In this document: positions 40,101-51,403 of the stretch, piece after piece
Position numbering within the stretch: the stretch's first letter is position 1
Layout of the letters: each line of letters opens with the position of its first letter
Origin: Eledone cirrhosa
Lineage: Eukaryota
NCBI GenBank assembly: GCA_964016885.1
Contig: OZ024744.1
Span: forward strand, 116,498,001-116,562,000
Length of the DNA: 64,000 nt
Direction of reading: 5' to 3'
Position numbers and translations under genes: made by a program
The notes under the pieces: model-generated
Told to the model about the DNA's origin: nothing
The model's database searches: none
Seen by the model: the letters and a program-made list of their open reading frames with translations, nothing else

Positions 40101-43100
40101 GGTAGTACCCCAGTATGGCCACAGTCTAATGACTGACATCAGTAAAACAGTACTGAGCTTGATATGGTAGACTATAACAAGGTAGTGCCCCAGTATGGCC
40201 ACAGTCTAATGACTGACACCTGTAAAACAGTACTGAGGTTGATATAGTGGATTATATCAAGGTAGTGCCTCAGTATGGCCACAGTCTAATGACTGACAGC
40301 AGTAAAACAGTAGTGAGGTTGATATAGTAGACTATATCAAGGTAGTGCCTCAGTATGGCCACAGTCTAATGACTGACAGCAGTAAAACAGTAGTGAGGTT
40401 GATATAGTAGACTATATCAAGGTTGTGTCCCAGTATGGCCACAGTCTAATGACTGACACTAGTAAAACAGTAGTGAGGTTGATATGCTAGACTATATCAA
40501 GGTAGTGCCCCAGTATGGCCACAGTCTAATGACTGACACCAGTAAAACATTACTGAGGTTGACATTGTAGACTATATCATGGTAGTGCCCCAGTATGGCC
40601 ACAGTCTAATGACTGACATCAGTAAAGCAGTATTGAGGTTGATATGGTAGACTATATCAAGATAGTGCCCCAGTATGGCCACACCTTAATGACTGACACC
40701 AGTAAAACAGTAGTGAGGTTGATATAGTATACTATATCAAGGTTGTGCCCCAGTATGGCCACAGTCTAAAGACTGACACCAGTAAAACAGTACTGAGGTT
40801 GATATGGTAGACGATATCAGGTAGTGCCCCAGTATGGCCACAGTCTAATGACTGACAACAGTAAAACAGTAGTGAGGTTGATATGGCAGACTATATCAAG
40901 GTAATGCCCCAGTATGGCCACAGTCTATTGACTGACACCAGTAAAACAGTACTGAGATTAATATGGTAGACTATATCAAGGTAGTGCCCCAGTATTGCCA
41001 CAGTCTAATGACTGACACCAGTAAAACAGTACTGAGGTTGATATGGTAGACTATATCAAGGTAGTGCCCCAGTATGGCCACAGTCTAATGACTGACACCA
41101 GTAAAACAGTAGTGAGGTTGATATGGTAGACTATATCAAGGTAGTGCCCCAGTATGGCCACAGTCTAATGACTGACACCAGTAAAACACTACTGAGGTTG
41201 ATATGGTAAACTATATCAAGGTAGTGCCCCAGTATGGCCACAGTCTAATGACTGACATCAGTAAAACAGTACTGAGGTTGATATGGTAGACTATATCAAG
41301 GTAGTGCCCCAGTATGGCCACAGTCTAATGACTGACACCAGTAAAACAGTACTGAGGTTGATATGGTAGACTGTATCAAGGTAGTACCCCAGTATGGCCA
41401 CAGTCTAATGACAGACACCAGTAAAACAGTACTGGGGTTGATATGGTAGACTATATCAAGGTGGTGCCCCAGTATGGCCACAGTCTAATGACTGACACCA
41501 GTAAAACAGTACTGAGCTTGATATGGTAGACTATAACAAGGTAGTGCCCCAGTATGGCCACAGTCTAATGAATGACATCAGTAAAGGAGTAGTGAGGTTG
41601 ATATGGTAGACTATATCAAGGCAGTGCCCCAGTATGGCCACACTCTAATGACTGACACCAGTAAAACAGTAGTGAGGTTTATATGGTAGACTATATCAAG
41701 GTAGTGCCCCAGTATGGTCACAGTCTAATGACTGACACCAGTAAAACGGTAGTGAGGTTGATATGGTAGACTATATCAAGGTAGTGCCCCAGTATGGCCA
41801 CAGTCTAATGAGTGACACCAGTAAAATAGTACTGAGGTTGATATAGTAGACTATATCAAGGTAGTGCCCCAGTATGGCCACAGTCTAATGACTGACACCA
41901 GTAAAACAGTACTGAGGTTTATATGGTAGATTATATCAAGGTAGTGCCCCAGTATGGCCACAGTCTAATGACTGACAACAGTAAAACAGTAGTGAGGTTG
42001 ATATGGAAGACTATATCAAGGCAATGCCCCAGTATGGCCACAGTCTAAATACTGACACCAGTAAAACAGTACTGAGATTAATATGGTAGACTATATCAAG
42101 GTAGTGCCCCAGTATTGCCACAGTCCGACACCAGTAAAACAGTAGTGAGGTTGATATGGTAGATTATATCAAGGTAGTGCCCCAGTATGGCCACAGTCTA
42201 ATGACTGACACCAGTAAAACAGTACTGAGGTTGATGTGGTTGACTATATCAAGGTAGTGCCCCAGTATGGCCACAGTCTTATGACTGCCACCAGTAAAAC
42301 AGTACTGAGGTTGATATGGTAGACTTTGTCAAGGTAGTGCCCCAGTATGGCCGCAGTCTAATGACTGACACCAGTAAAACAGTACTGAGGTTGATATGGT
42401 AGACTATATCAAGGTAGTGCCCCAGTATGGCCACAGTCTAATGACTGACACCAGTAAAACAGTAGTGAGGTTGATATGGTAGACTGTATCAAGGTAGTGC
42501 CCCAGTATGGCCACAGTCTAATGAATGACATCAGTAAAGGAGTAGTGAGGTTGATATGGTAGACTATATCAAGGTAGTGCCCCAGTATGGCCTCACTCTA
42601 ATGACTGACACCAGTAAAACAGTAGTGAGGTTGATATGGTAGACTATATCAAGGTAGTGCCCCAGTATGGCCACAGTCTAATGACTGACACCAGTAAAAC
42701 AGTAGTGAGGTTGATATGGTAGACTATATCAAGGTAATGCCCGAGTATGGTCACAGACTAATGACTGACACCAGTAAAACAGTAGTGAGGTTGATATGGT
42801 AGACTATATCAAGGTAGTGCCCCAGTATGGCCACAGTCTAATGACTGACACCAGTAAAGCAGTAGTGAGGTTGATATGGTAGACTATATCAAGGTAGTGC
42901 CCTAGTATGGCCACAGTCTAATGATTGACAACAGTAAAACAGTAGTGAGGTTGATATGGTAAACTATATCAAGGTAGTGCCCCAGTATGGCCACAGTCTA
43001 ATGACTGACACCAGTAAACAGTACTGAGGTTGATATGGTAGACTATATCAAGGTAGTGCCCCAGTATGGCCACAGTCTAATGACTGACACCAGTAAAACA

Positions 43101-43734
43101 GTACTGAGGTGTATATGGAAGTCTATATCAAGGTAGTGCCTCAGTATGGCCACAGTCTAATGACTGACACCAGTAAAACAGTACTGAGGTTGATATGGTA
43201 GACTATATCAAGGTAGCGCCCCAGTATGGCCACAGTCTAATGACTGACACCAGAAAAACAGTACTGAGGTTGATATGGTAGACTATATCAAGGTAGTACC
43301 CCAGTATGGCCACAGTCTAATGACTGACACCAGTAAAACAGTACTGAGGTTGATATGGTAGTCTATATCAAGGTAGTGCCCCAGTATGGCCACAGTCTAA
43401 TGACTGACACCAGTAAAGCAGTAGTGAGGTTGATATGGTAGACTATATCAAGGTAGTGCCCCAGTATGGCCACAGTCTAATGACTGACATCAGTAAAACA
43501 GTAGTGAGGTTGATATGGTAGACTATATCAAGGTAGTGCCCCAGTATGGCCACAGTCTAATGACTGACACCAGTAAAACAGTACTGAGGTTGATATGGTA
43601 GTCTATATCAAGGTAGTGCCCCAGTATGGCCACAGTCTAATGACTGACACCAGTAAAACTGTACTGAGGTTGATATAGTAGACTATATCAAGGTAGTGCC
43701 CCAGTATGGCCACTCTAATGACTGACACCAGTAA
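19193..43734 (+). repeat. 80-bp satellite, ~24.5 kb, ~307 monomers, with higher-order block duplications
   Basis: Consensus GTGCCCCAGTATGGCCACAGTCTAATGACTGACACCAGTAAAACAGTACTGAGGTTGATATGGTAGACTATATCAAGGTA. Diagnostic variants recur at offsets 5912, 6958, 1039 and ~1360. Confidence 0.98.
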
Positions 43735-43749
43735 GAAGAAAGAGAATAA

Positions 43750-43815
43750 ATCCTTACGGGGTCGATAATATAAAGTACCAGTAATTCACTGAGGTAAAAG
43801 TAGAAGCAATTATTA
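43750..43815 (+). mobile_element. Truncated MetaSINE-like fragment abutting the satellite end
   Basis: TCCTTACGGGGTCGATAATATAAAGTACCAGTAATTCACTGAGGT..AAGTAGAAGCAATTA matches the reverse complement of the SINEs at 47330, 47516 and 56213. Confidence 0.7.
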
Positions 43816-43820
43816 AGCTG

Positions 43821-44155
43821 GTGTTTGGAACATAACTTAACAAAGGTTTTTACATAAAATTATGATGGAAGGTCTTTTGATAAATATAAACACTTTTACA
43901 TAAACTGTTTTGTATGATAGAACCAGGGGTGTTTGGAACATAACTTAACAAAGGTTCTTACATAAAATTATGATGGAATGTGTTTAGATAAATATAAACA
44001 CTTTAACATAAACAGTTTTGTATGATAGAACCAGGTGTGTTTGGAACATAACTTAACAAAGGTTCTTACATAAAATTATAATGGAAGGTCTAAAACAAAG
44101 TTGTCTATTAGAGAAGCAGGGGTGGTATTTGTTGGTTTTGTATGAAAGGGGTTAA
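43821..44155. mobile_element. Right part of a piggyBac-like non-autonomous element with a 108-bp internal tandem repeat (~2.6 copies)
   Basis: GTGTTTGGAACATAAC at 43821, 43929 and 44037. Ends in AAAGGGG|TTAA. No left end found. Confidence 0.45.
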
Positions 44156-44587
44156 ATCAGTGTGACATTTCCCTCCACTTCAAATACACCGCTAACCAAG
44201 TTATTTATTCTTTCTTCACACATGAAATCAGCACAAAAGGACTTAACTAAACCTAAAAACCATTCAACCGTGGTGATATTTCCCTGTTGCTCTCTACATA
44301 CAAGTCAAGCGTGTAACTATTCTGATGAGAGAATTTATAAATAATAAAATCTGGAATTTCCCACTAACCTCTATCTGTCAAACATATATACACGCATGTA
44401 TGCACATGCAAAAAAGTAAGCATGAGTTCTATATAGCTGTATGTATATAAATTTATGTTTGCATGTATGTATGTGTGTAACTTTTTTTATATATTTGTAC
44501 GTATATAGATTCATGTGTGTATGTATATGTTTTATATAGCTACATATTGTATATAGAATCATGTCTGTATGTATGTATGTGTGTATG

Positions 44588-45950
44588 TTCTTCTGGTTTT
44601 ATAATTTCACAAATTTTTCCCAATAGAGAGAGAGTCGGTTTCTAACATAGACACAAGACTCTCTCATTGGAATTTACACATCAACTAGGTAGATTATGTA
44701 TGCATGCATATGTAGATATGGATATTATTGTATGTGTGGATGTGTATGTTTTGAGTTGTAAGTGTGCATGTGCATATGCTTTGTATCTGTACATGTGTAT
44801 ATGCAGTTATTAGATGCAAAATTTTTGGAATGTTTTACATATTTTTACTGTTCCATTAATGGATTGTACTTGTAGTTTCCTAACTAGTTGTGTACTTTCT
44901 GTTCCTGTGAAGCCTAGCTTCTCAAGATTTGTATTGAGGCAGTTACTAACATACCCCAGTGCCCCAATAATCACAGGCATAAATCTGAAGGTGTAATCAG
45001 GGTGGAGTATCTGCAGATTTCTCATCAGTTCTGCATAAATATTCTCCTTTTCGCTAATCTTTGATATTATATTGGCATCTGCTGGGCAGCTAACTTCCAC
45101 TACTGTGCATGCCTTCTTTTCCCTGTCCCATATCATAATATCTGGTCTGTTATGCCTGCATTTTAGTGGGGTTTTTACTGGAACATTCCACCAGTACTCT
45201 TTCATATTATGTACATGTATGTCTTCCACATTGCTGTAGCTTTTAATGTGTTTATTATCAGGGCTATCTTTTCTACAGATTGCATTGTACAGTGTTTTGG
45301 CCACTACATCATGCCTCATAGGTAGATAGTAGCGCGATGACGTCTTTGGACAGCTGCTTATGACATGGGTGATATCCTCGATGTTAATTCTGCAGCATCT
45401 GCACTTGTTATCACATCTAGGTGTTTTGCCTGCATCCCTATCTCTTTTGTGAATCAGGTATTTCGTGTTAATCTCCTGTTCTTGGATTGCAAAAGCGTAT
45501 CCTTCAAGGTGGGAGCCAATATAGCGGTTGTTGGCCCAAGATAGACTACTTTCCTTATGTATATTACTCTCACTCTGGAGTTTCCTGGCAACATATCCAT
45601 GCATGATTTTTTCGCTGATAAGCATGCAGTTTTTCATCCATGGATTCACTGCGATACTGCTGAGCGACTTCTCTGGGTGTGAGTTTTTGATTATCACAGA
45701 GGGAATATCTCTCGAGGAGTTCCTTCCCAACTCTCATGATCTTATCTGTTTCATGCAGATAGACTTGCTTGAGAGATGGGCTCCTACACTTTGAGGTTCG
45801 TAAATGTTGTCGGAGGGATATGATGCGACATTCAAATGCTGTCTGGACTAATGTTAGGCCTCTGCCTCCCTGCTTACGTTTCAAGTAAAGGCAGTCTATG
45901 TCACTGTTGATGTGAAAGTTTCCGGTGTTGTTTAGTATGTTTAATATTAT
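44588..45950 (-). mobile_element. 5'-truncated R4/Dong-like non-LTR retrotransposon (CCHC knuckle plus restriction-like endonuclease) with 3' UTR; one frameshift near 45605
   Basis: FHINSDIDCLYLKRKQGGRGL, AIQEQEINTK, CRCC..E...HVISSC, RHDVVA, NRPDIMIWD, VEVSCP, EKENIY, PVIIGALG. 3' UTR ends AACCAGAAGAA followed by (CATA)-like repeats. Confidence 0.88.
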
Positions 45951-46457
45951 GTCTATACCAACACAGTCTCTTCTCCTACACACTACATCTGATTCCTCTT
46001 ATTCCTGGTTTCTCTCTCAGTTCATCCATACACATCACATGTCTATACCAACACAGTCTCTTCTCCTACACACTACATCTGATTCCTCTTATTCCTGGTT
46101 TCTCTCTCAGTTCATCCATACACATCACATGTCTATACCAACACAGTCTCCTCTCTTACACATTACATCTGATTCCTCTTATACCTAGTTTCTCTCTCAG
46201 TTCATCCATACACATACCATATCTATACCAACACAGTCTCCTCTCCTTCACATTACATCAGATTCCTGTTATACCTAGTTTCTCTCTCAGTTCATCCATA
46301 CACATCACATGTCTATACCAACACAGTCTCTTCTCCTTCACACTACATCAGATTCCTGTTATACCTAGTTTCTCTCTCAGTTCATCCATACACATAACAT
46401 ATCTATACCAACACAGTCTCTTCTCCTTCACACTACATCAGATTCCTGTTATACCTA
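45949..46457. repeat. 90-bp tandem repeat (~5.6 copies) derived from RTE coding sequence; resumes after the LTR at 47204
   Basis: The unit on the minus strand reads ELREKLGIRGIRCSV.E.RLCWY.HVMCMD, a circular permutation of the RTE C-terminal region (compare QERRLSWYGHVMRMED in ORF 55209..55466). Confidence 0.85.
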
Positions 46458-47203
46458 TATAACAGCGGCGACGATTCGAATCCGAATCTGAGTTTTCCTG
46501 CCTCTGGGACAGGCCGTGGTGAGTTGTTTACGCTCAACAGACCAACCCCTTGGGAGATGCTAAACACAGGTCAGAGGTGTTTGCGCCTGACAGAAAATAG
46601 GCCAGAGGATATATCCATCTTTCTGAGTTGTTTACGCCTAGAAAACCAACCCCTTGGGAGATACTAACCAAAGGTCAGAGGATATATCTATCCTTCTAAC
46701 TTCAACCCTTTTAAATACAAGTCTTGTTTACGCTCGGACAGAAAAAGTGTTACCACGGACAAGACGGACATTTCACCTACTCTGACGAATCTCCCTTCAC
46801 GAAAAACGTCTGTCACTATTTCTCACACGCCTGACTTAGTTATTACTACTACTGCTAAATCAAGAAAATATAGTAATACGCACACACGCATTCATAGTAA
46901 GTTCACACTGTTTTCATTTCACACGCACCATTTCTGTCTGTCATATTGTATCTTTCGGATACAGTACAAATTATTTTATAATCGTATTCTGCGATACTTG
47001 TATTTACGGGGCTCGAAGAGCCACCAAATTATTGTACGAATAATTTGTGTTATAGATTTTATCATTCAATATTCAAATTGAATATTGTTATAATAAAATA
47101 AACATTGTAACAACACAATCCTGGTATTATTCTTTGCATTGAAACCTTCACACCAACAATTCCATCTATCCACTTATCCGTTACAACTCAAATATTCGTT
47201 ACA
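46458..47203 (+). mobile_element. Solo LTR (Gypsy-like), 746 bp, 4-bp TSD CCTA
   Basis: Termini TATAAC...GTTACA (TGTAAC with one change). CCTA at 46454-46457 and 47204-47207. It cleanly interrupts a 90-bp repeat unit. Internal ~60-bp duplication (46520/46624); AATAAA near 47092. Strand is inferred from the polyA signal. Confidence 0.8.
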
Positions 47204-47329
47204 CCTAGTTTCTCTCTCAGTTCATACACATCACATGACTTTACAAACCTGCTCCAGAAACAGCATGCAGCAAACCTCTTGTTCTTCTGCCATGTGTGGG
47301 TTCCCATAAAAGTAACTAGTATAATACAT

Positions 47330-47420
47330 AATTGTTTCTACTTTAGGCACAAGGCCAGCAATTACCCAGTGCATTACTGGTACTTTATTTTATCGACCCC
47401 GTAAGGATAAAAGGCAAAGC
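47330..47420 (-). mobile_element. 5'-truncated MetaSINE-like SINE
   Basis: Near-identical to the 3' half of 47516-47690. Confidence 0.8.
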
Positions 47421-47515
47421 CACTCCGTTTCGAGAATTGCCATCCCTTGACCTTTTTTTCATACATGGGTGGCAGACACATGAGTTTTTAGCCCTGCCGA
47501 GTACTTACATATAAT

Positions 47516-47690
47516 TGTTTCTACTTTAGGCACAAGGCCAGCAATTACCCAGTGCATTACTGGCACTTTATTTTATCGCCCCTGTAAGGATGAAAGGCAA
47601 AGTCAACCTCGGCGGGATTTGAACTCAGATGGTAAAGGGACGTAACTATGCTGGAAAGCATGGCGTCCAACCCTCTACCGATACTGCCAA
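47516..47690 (-). mobile_element. tRNA-derived MetaSINE-like SINE with 14-bp TSD TACTTACATATAAT
   Basis: Minus strand: A-box-like TGGCAGTATCGGTAGA, B-box GAGTTCAAATCC, central GCCTTTCATCCTT..GG.CGATAAAATAAAG..CCAG domain. TSD at 47502-47515 and 47691-47704. Confidence 0.85.
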
Positions 47691-47697
47691 TACTTAC

Positions 47698-47812
47698 ATA
47701 TAATGCAGGGAAAGTTGTTTAGATGAAGTGATGCCTGTAATTGAAGCTTTTTTAACTGAAGAAAGGCCTTGTACTGAACCAATCGCACTCTCTGAACAAC
47801 AGTGACATGTAT
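47698..47812 (-). CDS. Candidate isolated exon of an unidentified host gene (115 nt)
   Basis: Pyrimidine tract TTCTTCTTTTCAG acceptor and AT|GTAAGTA donor; two of three frames are open. Non-repetitive within the window. No recognisable homology. Confidence 0.3.
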
Positions 47813-47891
47813 CTGAAAAGAAGAACAGGTCAATATTATTAGCTGTCATTGAGTCTCAGGTTTTACATCAGATTCTTCCTTCTACTCTTAA

Positions 47892-49330
47892 CCCTTTACC
47901 ATTTACATTACTCTATATATACTATTGTATTTTCACAGTAAAGGCTTTATCTCACACAATATCTTACATACCATTTACATTACTCTATATATACTATTGT
48001 ATTTTCACAGTAAAGGCTTTACCTCACACAATATCTCACATAACATTTACATTACCCTATATATACTATTGTATTTTCACAGTAAAGGCTTTACCTCACA
48101 TAATATCTCACAAAACATTTACATTACTCTATATATACTATTGTATTTCCACAGTAAAGACTTTACCTCACATAATATCTCATAACATTTACATTACTCT
48201 ATATATACTATTGTATTTTCACAGTAAAGGCTTTATCTTACATAATATCTCATAACATTTACATTACTCTATATATACTATTGTATTTTCACAGTAAAGG
48301 CTTTACCTCACATAATATCTCATAACATTTACATTACTCTATATATACTATTGTATTTTCACAGTAAAGGCTTTACCTCACATAATATCTCACATAACAT
48401 TTACATTACTCTATATATACTATTGTATTTTCACAGTAAAGGCTTTATCTCACATAATATCTCACATAACATTTACATTACTCTATATATACTATTGTAT
48501 TTTCACAGTAAAGACTTTACCTCACATAATACCTCACATAACATTTACATTACTCTATATATACTATTGTATTTTCACAGTAAAGACTTTACCTCACATA
48601 ATACCTCACATAACATTTACATTACTCTATATATACTATTGTATTTTCACAGTAAAGACTTTACCTCACATAATACCTCACATAACATTTACATTACTCT
48701 ATATATACTATTGTATTTTCACAGTAAAGACTTTACCTCACATAATACCTCACATAACATTTACATTACTCTATATATACTATTGCATTTTCACAGTAAA
48801 GACTTTACCTCACATAATACCTCACATAACATTTACATTACTCTATATATACTATTGTATTTTCACAGTAAAGACTTTACCTCACATAATACCTCACATA
48901 ACATTTACATTACTCTATATATACTATTGTATTTTCACAGTAAAGACTTTACCTCACATAATACCTCACATAACATTTACATTACTCTATATATACTATT
49001 GTATTTTCACAGTAAAGACTTTACCTCACATAATACCTCACATAACATTTACATTACTCTATATATACTATTGTATTTTCACAGTAAAGGCTTTATCTTA
49101 CATAATATCTCACATAACATTTACCTTACTCTATATATACTATTGTATTTTCACAGTAAAGGCTTTATCTTACATAATATCTCACATAATATTGAATCTA
49201 TGAGATGTTAATATTATTTACATTGAGAACAATACCTTAACATCAGTATGAGCAGCTGGTTACAACCGTTTTGAACAGAAAGATGTGAGAGAATTCTGGC
49301 CGGATAGGGACTGGTTTAAATGCTAAAGGA
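47892..49330. mobile_element. piggyBac-like MITE (TTAA TSD) inflated by an internal tandem array
   Basis: TTAA|CCCTTTACCATTTA ... TAAATGCTAAAGGA|TTAA: 14-bp TIR with 2 mismatches. Confidence 0.75.
47900..49192. repeat. 72-bp (some 70-bp) AT-rich tandem repeat, ~18 copies
   Basis: Unit ACATTTACATTACTCTATATATACTATTGTATTTTCACAGTAAAG(G/A)CTTTACCTCACATAATA(T/C)CTCACATA. Confidence 0.95.
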
Positions 49331-49409
49331 TTAACAAGAACTAAGGGTTCTACCTCCTGGAGGACTAACCGTGTTCTCAGGCACCAAACTGAGTATTTCC
49401 ATGTTCCTG

Positions 49410-49543
49410 TACATACATACATACATACATACATACATACATACATACATACATACATACATACAGACAGACATACATGCAGACATACAGACAGACAGAC
49501 ATGCAGACATACAGACAGACAGACAGACATGCAGACATACATA
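49410..49543. repeat. (CATA)n/(CAGA)n microsatellite
   Basis: Direct inspection. Confidence 0.95.
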
Positions 49544-49648
49544 TCTACCTAGTTGATGTTGAGTAAATCTCAATGAGTCTTATATCTATGTTAGAAACCG
49601 ACTTTCTCACTATTGGTAAGAATTTATAAAATTATAAAACCAGAAGAA
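49544..49648 (+). mobile_element. Short 3'-UTR-only copy of the R4/Dong-like element
   Basis: TCTACCTAGTTGATGT..GAGTCTT..TCTATGTTAGAAACCGACT..AAATTATAAAACCAGAAGAA is similar to the reverse complement of 44588-44693. Confidence 0.8.
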
Positions 49649-49669
49649 CATACATACATGTATACATAT

Positions 49670-49723
<54 letters not shown>

Positions 49724-49727
<4 letters not shown>

Positions 49728-49968
49728 TCATCATCATCATTTTTACGTCTGCTTTTTCCCTGCTTGCAAGGGTGGGACGGGAACTGATTTTGGGTTGATT
49801 TCTACAGCTGGATGCCCTTCATAACACCAACCTCATTTACAGTGAGTGCTGGGTGCTTTTTTTCCATGGCGCCTACACGTCCACTTTACAGTGGAATGAT
49901 ATAGACCCCAGTCCTATCATCTCATTTCTACAGCTGAATAAACTGGAGCAATGTGAAATAAAGTGTCT
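49724..49968 (-). mobile_element. 5'-truncated copy of the RTE-tailed SINE
   Basis: Reverse complement of the 3' part of 54753-55091; (ATG)n tail. Confidence 0.85.
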
Positions 49969-49996
49969 ATACTATATATATATATATATATATACA

Positions 49997-50245
49997 CAGG
50001 GTGAGGACGATATTTGTTTGCAATTTTCAACTGCTAATTTTATGCAAATTTTATTTACTTCTGTTGTCACTCTTGTCTTCATAAAAACAGTGACTATATT
50101 TCCATTATTTATTTTCAGAATAATTGATTATGAATAATTTTGAACCTCCAAATTTGTGGAAGAGACACAGAGTTCTTGGAATCCGCGCCGGGAGGACAAA
50201 TAAGGAAATTTTAGACTTTCTCAGCGTCAACAGGAGAATGGTGTC
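49997..50245 (+). mobile_element. Tc1/mariner-like 5' end with the start of a transposase HTH
   Basis: Begins CAGGGTG next to a (TA)n run. ATG at 50130 reads MNNFEPPNLWKRHRVLGIRAGRTNKEILDFLSVNRRMV, which is HTH-like, and is cut off by the RTE that follows. Confidence 0.45.
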
Positions 50246-51263
50246 TCAAGCCATAACAGGAGTTTAAGACTGGCTGCCCATGGGAACTTCTCTGTGTTGA
50301 TGATCTGGTTCTTATAGCAGAATCAGTAAAGCAGCTAGAGAATAAATTCTGGCTATGGAAACAGCAGTTGGAAACAAGAGGACTGAGAGTGAACCTAGCT
50401 AAGACAAAAGTGTTGATGAGTAGAAAAGAGAACAATACTCTGATTCCATCAGGGAAATGGCCATGTTCGATATGTAGGAAAGGAACTGGCATAAATTCCA
50501 TAAAATGTACACAATGCAGATCTTGGGTACACAAGAGATGTAGTGGGATAGCAGGCAAACTAACAGGTAGGGAGAAATTCGTATGCAGTAGATGTACAGA
50601 AGAATTAGACAGTAGTAATCGCATTGATAGACACATTTTTCAAATGCAGGTAGCTTCTATAGAAGTGGTTGATAGCTTCTGATTCCTAGGTGATCAGATT
50701 AGCATGGGAGGAGGGTGTTCTGAGGCCATAGTATCTAGAATAAGGACAGGTTGGAAGAAGTTTAGGGAGCTGCTTCCTCACTTGACAAAGAAGGGTTTCT
50801 CCCTACGAACGAAAGGCCGGTTATATGATGCCTGTGTGAGATGCACGGTGCTGCATGGTAGTGAGACATGGGCAGCAACTGCAGAGCAGATGTGACGGCT
50901 GGAGAGAAATGAGGCAAACATGCTCCCTTGGATGTGCAATGTCAATGTGCGTGAACGACCAAGCATGAATGTGTTGAGAGAAGCGGGATAAGCTGTGGTG
51001 TACAGGAGAGAAGACTGCGGGGGTTTGGACATGTTATGCGCATGGAGGATGACCGGTGGTTAAAGAAGTGCCAAAAAATGCCAGTGGAAGGAAGACGCAG
51101 TAGAGGAAGACCACGAAAAACATGGGCAGAGGTGGTGAGAGAAGTCCTCAGATTGCTGAAGCACACAGAGGCGATGACGAAGGACAGTGACAAGTGGAGA
51201 GATGATGAATAGGATCTGTCCAGCCCTTGCAAGCAGAGAAAAGCAGACATAAAATGATGATGA
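50246..51263 (+). mobile_element. 5'-truncated decayed RTE LINE (end of RT to tail)
   Basis: FKTGCPWELLCVDDL (mutated YADD), GLRVNLAKTK, KWPCSICRKG, GWKKFRELLP, LHGSETW, RGRPRKTW. Tail CCCTTGCAAGC..GACATAAAATGATGATGAT. Confidence 0.92.
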
Positions 51264-51403
51264 TACATATATACATGCATAGATATAGATATATATATAC
51301 ATGCATAGATGATACATATAGACACGCTAGGATACCATGTGTGCTATTTTATATATAGCACACTATTTCTTAATATACTTAGAAGTGTCTAGGATACTAA
51401 TTC

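Noticed and set aside
19193-43734. CRISPR-like regular array
   Set aside because: The whole 80-bp unit repeats with no unique spacers, there are no cas genes, and the context is eukaryotic.
44321-44356. CTGATGAG hammerhead-like core
   Set aside because: No GAAA box or stems I/III in the right places.
46791-46815. CTGACGA...GAAA in the LTR
   Set aside because: No stem II or stem I complementarity.
48351-49211. 286-aa repetitive ORF
   Set aside because: By-product of a 72-bp (multiple of 3) tandem unit inside a MITE.
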